A program made the translations under genes and the position numbers. Below, one piece after another: positions 25,440 through 32,000 of a DNA stretch of 32,000 nt (position 1 is the stretch's first letter; every line of letters starts with the position of its first letter). The notes under the pieces were generated by a model. The model was not told where the DNA came from. It made no database searches and saw only the letters and a program-made list of their open reading frames with translations. The DNA comes from Halomicrobium mukohataei DSM 12286 (lineage in GTDB: Archaea > Halobacteriota > Halobacteria > Halobacteriales > Haloarculaceae). The stretch covers positions 2,790,001 to 2,822,000 of the forward strand of contig NC_013202.1 of the NCBI RefSeq assembly GCF_000023965.1. The letters are read 5' to 3'.

Positions 25440-25460
25440 GGTTCGAATCCGCCCGAGGCT
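25440..25460 (+). repeat. second, slightly diverged copy of the tRNA-Gln 3' end
   Basis: ggttcgaatccgcccgaggct matches 19/21. The preceding ~25 nt (gagagaattcgagccttcgc) is also homologous to the segment preceding copy 1 (gagaggattcgagtcctcgt). Confidence 0.85.
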
Positions 25461-25520
25461 ACGTTCCGGAGTTGCGTCCCGGACCGCAAGGTAGATTCCC
25501 GCGCCCTGGTGAGTGAGACC

Positions 25521-25811
25521 ATGACCGAGACGATCACGGGCGAGGTGATTCACGTCGTCGGCCCGGCGGAACTCGACGAGGCCGAACTGGTCGCAGAGCT
25601 GGCGGCGCTGGCGGAGTCGCGGTACGTCCTCGTCTGTCGCGAGGGCGGCAAGCCGGGCTGGCTCGAACGGCTCTGGTCGTTTCTCAGGCGCGACCCGATC
25701 GAGCCGGTGACGATCGTCGCCGACGACGCCGTCGAAGAGGGCGCGGAACTGACGGCGACGATCCGGAAGACCGACGTACCCGGGGTCTACGAGGCCGTCG
25801 ACGTGCGGTGA
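25521..25811 (+). CDS. small acidic hypothetical protein
   Basis: 96 aa from ATG 25521 (alternative GTG 25509). Acidic, haloarchaeal-like composition. No motif recognised. Confidence 0.45.
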   Translation: MTETITGEVIHVVGPAELDEAELVAELAALAESRYVLVCREGGKPGWLERLWSFLRRDPIEPVTIVADDAVEEGAELTATIRKTDVPGVYEAVDVR

Positions 25812-25821
25812 GGGCGTCGGT

Positions 25822-26694
25822 CTAATAACACTCGCTCTCGACGCGTTCGTCGTAGAGCCGCTGGAGCAGTTTCGTCATCGGACCGGTTCCCACGTCGATA
25901 CCGTCGACGGTGGCGACGGGCCGGATCTCCCACGTCGAGTTGGTCAGGAACGCCTCGTCTGCCTCGCGAACGTCGTCGACGGTGTACGTCCCGGTCTCGA
26001 CGGGGAAGTCCTCGGACTCGGCGAGGTCCATCACGACCGAGCGGGTGACGCCCGGTAGCAGGTCCAGGTCGCTGGCGGGCGTTCGTAGACCGGCCTCGGT
26101 GACGAAAAAGAGGTTGCTGGTGGCACCCTCGACGACGCGGCCCTCGGTGTCGCGCAACAGCGCCTCGTCGGCCCGGAAGCGGTCGGTCGCGGCGCGGCGC
26201 AGTTCCAGCCGAGCGAGGATTCCGTTGAGGTAGTTGTGGGTCTTGGCGTCGGCCGGAAGCGCCGCGTCGGGCACCCGACGGGTCTTGACGGTCTGTACGT
26301 CCGCCGGGCCGTCCCAGACTGAGCGGCCCTCGGTCCCGCCGCGTGGAAGTTCGTCGACGACGACGACGACGGACGGATCGACGGTCTCGTCGGGCGTCAG
26401 CGTCCCGGGCTGGACGCCGCGGGTGACAGAGAGCTTGACGTAGGCGTCGTCGAGGTCGTTGGCGGCGAGAGTCTCGTCGACCCTGTCCCGGAGGCCGTCG
26501 GGCACTGCGTGGCCGAAGCCGAGCGTCTCGGCGGTCCGCTGGAGACGCTCGCGGTGGGCCGTCCACTCGAAGGGAACGCCGCCGTAGGCCCTGATCGTCT
26601 CGAAGGCCGCGTCACCGTACTGGAAGCCTCGGTCTCTGACGGAGACGGTCGCTTCACTCGCCGGGACGAGATCGCCGTTTACGTGGTATTGCAT
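25822..26694 (-). CDS. pabC: aminodeoxychorismate lyase (class IV PLP aminotransferase fold)
   Basis: RGFQYGDAAFETIR, a K in LSVTRG, EGATSNLFFV and FLTNS are class IV aminotransferase blocks. It overlaps pabA by 16 nt in a pabB-pabA-pabC operon. Confidence 0.8.
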   Translation of the reverse strand: MQYHVNGDLVPASEATVSVRDRGFQYGDAAFETIRAYGGVPFEWTAHRERLQRTAETLGFGHAVPDGLRDRVDETLAANDLDDAYVKLSVTRGVQPGTLTPDETVDPSVVVVVDELPRGGTEGRSVWDGPADVQTVKTRRVPDAALPADAKTHNYLNGILARLELRRAATDRFRADEALLRDTEGRVVEGATSNLFFVTEAGLRTPASDLDLLPGVTRSVVMDLAESEDFPVETGTYTVDDVREADEAFLTNSTWEIRPVATVDGIDVGTGPMTKLLQRLYDERVESECY

Positions 26695-27326
26695 TGGAGG
26701 CAGAAGTTCTCGATCATCGTCTTGCCGCCGTCGGTGAGGATGCTCTCGGGGTGGAACTGGACGCCGACGTGGGGTCGCTCGCGGTGGCGCACGCCCATGA
26801 CGATGCGGCGGTCGCCCGCAGCGTCGTCTCTGACATCCCCGTCGGTCCCAGACACCGTGGCCGCGGTCTCTTCGAGCACGTCGGGCAGTGCAGTTCGCTC
26901 GACGGCCAGGGAGTGGTAGCGACCGACCTCGAAGGGGTCGGGCAGGTCCGCGAACACGCCCGTCCCGTCGTGGGTGACCGTCGAGGACTTGCCGTGGACG
27001 ACCGACTCCGCGTGCTCCACCTCGGCACCGTTGGCGCTACACAGCGCCTGGTGGCCCAGACAGACCCCGAGCGTCGGATACCGGAGTCGCGAGAAGATCG
27101 GCATCGAGACGCCGGCCGCCTCGGGGGTTCCGGGGCCGGGCGAGACCACGATCCCGTCCGGATCGAGGCGTTCGATCCCCGCGATCGAGACCGCGTCGTT
27201 GCGCCGGACGAGCACGTCTTCGGGACCGCCGCCGAGGCGCTCGACGACCTCGCCGACGTACTGGACGAGGTTGTAGGCGAAGGAGTCGTAGTTGTCGATC
27301 ACCAGGATCGTCGGCGCGACGGTCAT
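26679..27326 (-). CDS. pabA: aminodeoxychorismate/anthranilate synthase component II (glutamine amidotransferase)
   Basis: [27 protein letters not shown] (catalytic Cys) and [11 protein letters not shown] (His/Glu triad). Confidence 0.88.
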   Translation of the reverse strand: MTVAPTILVIDNYDSFAYNLVQYVGEVVERLGGGPEDVLVRRNDAVSIAGIERLDPDGIVVSPGPGTPEAAGVSMPIFSRLRYPTLGVCLGHQALCSANGAEVEHAESVVHGKSSTVTHDGTGVFADLPDPFEVGRYHSLAVERTALPDVLEETAATVSGTDGDVRDDAAGDRRIVMGVRHRERPHVGVQFHPESILTDGGKTMIENFCLQCNTT

Positions 27327-28798
27327 CGCTCGGCCTCCACAGTCATCTCGGCGTCGGCGTCGAGCGCCCCGTCGACGGCGTTGATCAGTGCCCGGCCCTT
27401 GGCGAGCGTCTCGTCGTACTCCCGGCGGGGAACGGAGTCGTGGACGATCCCCGCCCCGACTCGGAGGTAGTACCGGGATTCGTAGCGTACCAGCGTCCGG
27501 ATGAGGATGTTCAGCGTCGCGCGGTCGTCGAACCCGAAGATGCCGACCGAGCCGGTGTAGGGGCCGCGTCGGGTCGCCTCCAGTTCGTCGATGAGCTCCA
27601 TCGTCCGGGGCTTGGGGGCACCAGTGATCGTCCCGCCGGGGAAGACCGCGGCGACGGCGTCGGCGAGGTCCATGCCGTCGCGCAGACGACCCTCGACCTT
27701 CGAGACGAGGTGCATCACTTCGGAGTAGCGGTCGACCCGCCGGTAGTCGGTCACCTCGACGCTGCCGAACCGGCTGACCTTCCCGAGGTCGTTTCGTTCG
27801 AGATCGACCAACATCGCGTGTTCGGCCCGCTCTTTCTCGTCGTCGAGTAGCTCCGCTTCGAGGGCGTCGTCGTCTTCGGGCGTGTCACCTCGCGGGCGTG
27901 TGCCGGCAATCGGCTCCGTCTCGATCGCGTCTCCGTCACGGCGGAGCAACAGCTCGGGGCTGGCACTCACGAGATCGACGCCGGGGAACTCCACCAGCGC
28001 CGAGTAGGGGGCCGGATTGACCGTCCGGAGGGCGTCGAACGCCGCGACGGGGTGGACGGCCGCCGGAGCGACGAGGCGCTGTGAGACGTTTGCCTGAAAC
28101 GTGTCGCCGTCGCGGACGGCGTCCTGGACGGCCCGCACGCGGTCGGCGTACCCCTCGGGCGTGCAGTCGCTCTCGAACCGTGCGTCGTCGGCCGCCGAGG
28201 GCGGGTCGCCGACCGACGGATCGCCGTCGACGGCCGCCTTGGCGAGTTCCAGGGCGTGCTGGCGGCCGAACTCGTAGGCCAGGGCCGGCCGTTCGAACTC
28301 GTCGAGGCGCGGACAGGCGGTCACGCGGAGCGTGACCTCGTCGCCGCGGGGCTCCTCCCAGGCGGCGATCCGGTCGTAGGTCGCGAGCTGGAGGCGCGGG
28401 AGCGCACGATCACGGAGCGCGTCGTCGGGAAGCGACTCCAGTTCGCGGGCCACGTCGTAGGAGAGCCAGCCGATCACCCCACACGGATACGGAACGTCGC
28501 AGTCGCCGCGAGCGAGGTCGTCGGCGTCGACGGCGTCGGCCAGAGCGGTCAGCGAGTCGGCCTCGCCGGGTCCGACCTCGCGGAAATCCGCGGGCATCGT
28601 CGCGAAGTAGCCCCAGCCGGACTGGCCCCCGGTCGTCCCGAGATAGACGCCACCGGCCCCGTCGCCGTCGCGTGCGCGTCGGTAGGCGACGAACGGGTCC
28701 GTGACCGTGACGCGAGCCTCGACGGGAACGCGGGCCGTGGGAGCGGCGTCGGCAGCGACCGACAGGAACGAGTCCCTGTCAGTGACGACAGTTGGCAT
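27323..28798 (-). CDS. pabB: aminodeoxychorismate synthase component I (chorismate-binding enzyme)
   Basis: TrpE/PabB-family blocks: [56 protein letters not shown] and VGAGIV.DS. The 4-nt overlap with pabA and the presence of pabC favour PabB over TrpE. Confidence 0.8.
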   Translation of the reverse strand: MPTVVTDRDSFLSVAADAAPTARVPVEARVTVTDPFVAYRRARDGDGAGGVYLGTTGGQSGWGYFATMPADFREVGPGEADSLTALADAVDADDLARGDCDVPYPCGVIGWLSYDVARELESLPDDALRDRALPRLQLATYDRIAAWEEPRGDEVTLRVTACPRLDEFERPALAYEFGRQHALELAKAAVDGDPSVGDPPSAADDARFESDCTPEGYADRVRAVQDAVRDGDTFQANVSQRLVAPAAVHPVAAFDALRTVNPAPYSALVEFPGVDLVSASPELLLRRDGDAIETEPIAGTRPRGDTPEDDDALEAELLDDEKERAEHAMLVDLERNDLGKVSRFGSVEVTDYRRVDRYSEVMHLVSKVEGRLRDGMDLADAVAAVFPGGTITGAPKPRTMELIDELEATRRGPYTGSVGIFGFDDRATLNILIRTLVRYESRYYLRVGAGIVHDSVPRREYDETLAKGRALINAVDGALDADAEMTVEAER

Positions 28799-28844
28799 TA
28801 CCGAACAGAAGGTGAGCAGCGGATAATTCCCTTGCGGTCGACGA

Positions 28845-29318
28845 TCAGAAGGCGTTCGCCTGTTCGATCCAGCCGGAGATCCTGTTGGGAGAGAGGTCGG
28901 TCACCTCCCCCAGTTCGTCGGCGTCGGCCGCCGCGAGTTCCGAGACGGTCGAGATCCCGGCGTTTTCGAGTCGCTCGGCGTAGGCCGGTCCGACACCCTT
29001 GATCTCGGTGACCGGTGCGTCGTTGTCGACCGAGGGCTCGTCGGTCGGTTCCGGGGTGGCCGCCGCTACCGTCGTCTCGGACTCGTCGTCTGTGTCCGCG
29101 TCGGCCTGCTCGCTCGCGGACTCGGATTCGGTCGCCGTGTCGGCATCGTACGTTGCTCCTGACGTGTCAGTCTCGGTCCCCTTGACGGCGTCCTCCGACT
29201 CCGTCGACGGCTCGCGCTCGACGGTCACGTCGACGTCCTGTGGAGTGTTTCCACCGGCGGACGGCGACCCCGAAGCGTCGAGCCCGAGTGCCGATTTCAG
29301 TTTCTGCAACAGACCCAT
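28845..29318 (-). CDS. helix-hairpin-helix domain protein with a long acidic low-complexity N-terminal region
   Basis: C-terminal [24 protein letters not shown]...L (HhH motif). The N-terminal 100 aa are Asp/Glu/Thr/Ser-rich. Confidence 0.7.
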   Translation of the reverse strand: MGLLQKLKSALGLDASGSPSAGGNTPQDVDVTVEREPSTESEDAVKGTETDTSGATYDADTATESESASEQADADTDDESETTVAAATPEPTDEPSVDNDAPVTEIKGVGPAYAERLENAGISTVSELAAADADELGEVTDLSPNRISGWIEQANAF

Positions 29319-29373
29319 GTGAGGTGCTACTGGTCGCCGACACTTAACACCTTCCGGCTTACTGGCAACGTTT

Positions 29374-30171
29374 TCACAGGCGATCGCGGAGCGCGTCGTT
29401 CATGTGATCGACCGGTGCATCCAGGCCGGTCCAGCGCTCGAAGGCTTCGACGCCCTGGAACAGGAGCATCCACGCGCCGTCGACGGTCGTCCCACCGGCG
29501 GCGGCGGCGTCCCGGAGCAGTCGCGTCTCGATCGGCGAGTAGACGGCGTCGAGGACGGACAGATCGCCGTGGAGGGCGTCGGCCGGCACCGGGGTCGCGT
29601 CCTCGTCCATCCCGACGCTGGTGCAGTTGACCAGCACGTCCGCGTCGGCGACGGTGTCGTGCAGTTCGTCGAGTCCGTGGCCGGTCGCCCCCGGCACGTC
29701 CGCGGCGAGGTCGTGAGCGCGCTCGACGGTCCGGTTGGCGATCCGGACGGACATCCCCTCGTCGGCCAGCCCGAACGCGACCGCCCGGCCGGCACCGCCC
29801 GCGCCGACCACGACTGCGGTGCCGTCGAGGGCCACGTCGTGACGGCGGAGCGCGCGCACGGCACCGACGGCGTCCGTGTTGTATCCCCGCGGCTCGTCGC
29901 CGGTCAGGTCGACCGTGTTGACCGCACCGATCCGCCGGGCCAGCGGATCCGGGTCGACGGCCTCGAAGGCCGCCTGCTTGAACGGGATCGTAACGTTCAG
30001 ACCCGTGATTCCCAGCGTCCGGGCGCTCTCGATGGCGGCGGCGGCCGCGTCTTCGTCCGGTTCGAAGGTGACGTAGCGAGCGTCCATGTCGAGCTGTTCG
30101 TAGGCCGCTTCGTGCATCGGCGGCGACAGCGAGTGACCGACCGGGTTCCCGATCAGACCGAACACGTCCAT
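29374..30171 (-). CDS. aroE: shikimate dehydrogenase
   Basis: 265 aa from [19 protein letters not shown]. Contains NVTIPFK, NT., [15 protein letters not shown] and MLL.QG. Start is cat at 30169-30171. Confidence 0.9.
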   Translation of the reverse strand: MDVFGLIGNPVGHSLSPPMHEAAYEQLDMDARYVTFEPDEDAAAAAIESARTLGITGLNVTIPFKQAAFEAVDPDPLARRIGAVNTVDLTGDEPRGYNTDAVGAVRALRRHDVALDGTAVVVGAGGAGRAVAFGLADEGMSVRIANRTVERAHDLAADVPGATGHGLDELHDTVADADVLVNCTSVGMDEDATPVPADALHGDLSVLDAVYSPIETRLLRDAAAAGGTTVDGAWMLLFQGVEAFERWTGLDAPVDHMNDALRDRL

Positions 30172-30273
30172 ATCTCCTGGGCACGCGCGGTGAATATCAA
30201 AGATACGGTCGCGACGACCGGCGACCACCCGCCGGCCGTTTCGCAAGCTTTTCGGACGGACCTGTCCAGGGAT

Positions 30274-31701
30274 GTGGTAGTGAGCCGCCTTCGTCATCCA
30301 CTGGTGCAGATCGGAGTCGCAGCCGGGCTGACAGCCCCCTGGATGGTGCTGTTCGTCTACAACACGCTGGTCGGGGTCGGTCTGCTCGCCGGCAGCGTCG
30401 TCCACTTCGGAACGCTTCCGGAGGTCGCCCTGACGGGGATCGCCGTCCTCGGTGCGTCCTTCCTGCTGGCGTGGGGTGCCGAGACGGCGGAGAAGGACGT
30501 GCCGCGTGCCTTCGCGATCGCCGTCCTCGCGGTGCTCGCCGTCGCACCGGAGTACGCCGTCGACGCGCTGTACGCCTGGAACGCCGGTGCCGGTGGCGCG
30601 ACGACCGAAGCCTGTAACGCGCTCTCGCCGGCCGCTATCGAGGCCGGCGAGACGGCGCTTGCCGGGGCCTGCCACGACGCCAACCTCGCCGTGGCCAACA
30701 TGACCGGCGCGAACCGCATCCTCATCGGGATCGGCTGGGCCGGTATCGCCGTGTTCACCGTCTGGCGGGCCTTCGAGACGAAAGATCCAGCCGTCCAGGA
30801 CCGCGAGGGATGGCTCGGCGACTCGGTCCAGCTCGACACGGACATCGCGACCGAGATCACCTTCCTCTTTGCGGCGACGGCGTGGGCCTTCCTGGTGCCA
30901 CTGGGCGGGGGCATCGACATCCTCGATACGGTCGTCCTCGTGGGGATCTACGTCGCCTACATCGCGTTGATCCTCAAATCCGACATCGAACAGGGCGAGG
31001 AACACGTCGGCGTCCCCAGATACCTCCAGCAGTGGCCGCTGCCGTGGCGACCCCTGTCCGTGATCGTGCTGTTCGTCTACTCCGGCGTCGTGATCTTCAC
31101 GGCCGTCGAGCCGTTCGCCCACGGACTCGAACAGATCGGGATCGACAACGGGATCCCGCAGTTCTTCATGATCCAGTGGGTCGCGCCACTGGCCAGCGAG
31201 TCGCCGGAGCTGATCGTCGTCGCGGTGCTGGTCAACAAGGCCCGCTCGACGGCCGGTTTCAACGCTCTGATCTCCTCGAAGCTCAACCAGTGGACGCTGC
31301 TGATCGGGACCCTCTCGGTCGTGTTCTCGATTTCGTACGGTGCCTACGGCGTCCTGCCATTCGACGCCAAGCAGGCCGCCGAAATCTGGATCACCGCCGC
31401 CCAGTCGTACTTCGCGCTGGCGATCCTCAGTAACTTCGAGATCAGCATCCGAGAGGCGCTCGTCCTCTTTGGCCTGTTCATCTCGCAGGTGATCCTGGAG
31501 TTCGTCCTGATCCGCGAGTGGCTGGCCCTGCCTATCGACAGCTACGAACTCCTGTTGGCCTACACCGCGGTCTACCTGGTCGCCGGGACGGCGCTGCTGG
31601 TCAAGCGCCGCCAGTCGGTGCAGTTACTGTTCGGGTTGACCGCCGACGCGGTCCGTGACGCGACAGACCGTGAGACCGTCCACGAGGAGTTCGCGGACTG
31701 A
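30274..31701 (+). CDS. CaCA-superfamily (sodium/calcium exchanger-type) membrane protein
   Basis: About 10 hydrophobic helices with two alpha-repeat-like segments (GAETAE...AVAPEY and [13 protein letters not shown]...[11 protein letters not shown]). The start is uncertain: GTG 30274 or 30280, or ATG 30343. The upstream part of the 765-aa ORF is antisense to aroE. Confidence 0.7.
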   Translation: MVVSRLRHPLVQIGVAAGLTAPWMVLFVYNTLVGVGLLAGSVVHFGTLPEVALTGIAVLGASFLLAWGAETAEKDVPRAFAIAVLAVLAVAPEYAVDALYAWNAGAGGATTEACNALSPAAIEAGETALAGACHDANLAVANMTGANRILIGIGWAGIAVFTVWRAFETKDPAVQDREGWLGDSVQLDTDIATEITFLFAATAWAFLVPLGGGIDILDTVVLVGIYVAYIALILKSDIEQGEEHVGVPRYLQQWPLPWRPLSVIVLFVYSGVVIFTAVEPFAHGLEQIGIDNGIPQFFMIQWVAPLASESPELIVVAVLVNKARSTAGFNALISSKLNQWTLLIGTLSVVFSISYGAYGVLPFDAKQAAEIWITAAQSYFALAILSNFEISIREALVLFGLFISQVILEFVLIREWLALPIDSYELLLAYTAVYLVAGTALLVKRRQSVQLLFGLTADAVRDATDRETVHEEFAD

Positions 31702-32000
31702 TGCTCGCCGTCGTCGTCTCGCGGTCGGACTCGGCCTCCGAACACGTGGGAGAACGACTGCTCGATCTTGTCGAGTGGACGGAGACCGTCGACGAGGAGC
31801 GGCCGGACGGCGACGGTGGCGGCACCGTCTACCGTCGGGACGAGATCGAACTCCGAACGTTCGACTCGATCCACCTCGACCTCGAATCGGTCGCGACGGC
31901 CTTCGACGACCCCGACCTGCTCGTCTTCGCGTCGCGCCACGCCGGTGAGACGGGGCCGCTCCTGACCGCACATCACACGGGAAACTTCGGGCCGGCGGAG
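31701..32000 (+). CDS. dtdA: D-aminoacyl-tRNA deacylase, archaeal DtdA type (5' partial, runs off the window)
   Basis: My own translation from ATG 31701 gives [21 protein letters not shown]...LLVFASRHAGETGPLLTAHHTGNFGPAE. SRH.GE....LT.H..GN.G.AE is the pattern I associate with the archaeal tRNA_deacylase family. The ATG overlaps the upstream TGA (tgATG). Confidence 0.7.
   Translation, partial: MLAVVVSRSDSASEHVGERLLDLVEWTETVDEERPDGDGGGTVYRRDEIELRTFDSIHLDLESVATAFDDPDLLVFASRHAGETGPLLTAHHTGNFGPAE

Noticed and set aside
29404-30273. The 5' 870 nt of the 765-aa ORF 29404..31701, as a possible N-terminal domain of the CaCA-type protein.
   Set aside because: This part is exactly antisense to aroE, which has unambiguous shikimate dehydrogenase motifs, and its translation is Arg/Gly/Val-rich. 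The membrane protein plausibly starts at GTG 30274/30280 or ATG 30343.

Overview
High-GC window whose predicted proteins are strongly acidic, which fits a haloarchaeal (class Halobacteria) chromosome. All functional calls rest on motifs I recognise in the supplied translations; no database search was possible.

Layout:
- 0.1-7.6 kb: PadR-type regulator, acyl-CoA dehydrogenase, 3-hydroxyacyl-CoA dehydrogenase, a translationally coupled fba-fbp pair, an acyl-CoA carboxyltransferase and a MaoC hydratase.
- 7.7-10.9 kb: a cytoplasmic GAF/PAS histidine kinase and a membrane protein with a C-terminal zinc ribbon.
- 11.0-14.7 kb: sufCBD.
- 14.7-25.5 kb: an accessory-looking block. It holds four tandem Tat-secreted modular GH18 chitinases, a ferritin-like gene with a DtxR/SirR-type repressor, and tRNA-Gln(UUG).
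- 25.5-32 kb: a small hypothetical gene, pabCAB, an HhH protein, aroE, a CaCA-type membrane protein and the 5' part of dtdA.

Most interesting signals:
1. An 82-bp imperfect palindrome occurs in three 90-95% identical copies. They bracket the chitinase genes in pairs. One copy is inverted and one has a flipped loop. Diverged relatives and possible fragments lie nearby.
2. Two tandem partial copies of the tRNA-Gln 3' end lie directly downstream of the tRNA. One can fold into a tRNA-like minihelix.
3. A 777-bp spacer with no credible ORF sits inside the chitinase array and contains an island of about 30% GC.
4. The chitinases share one N-terminal cassette fused to two different GH18 catalytic types, arranged as a mirror (B-A | A-B).

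No CRISPR array, integrase, transposase or recognisable defence gene is visible.
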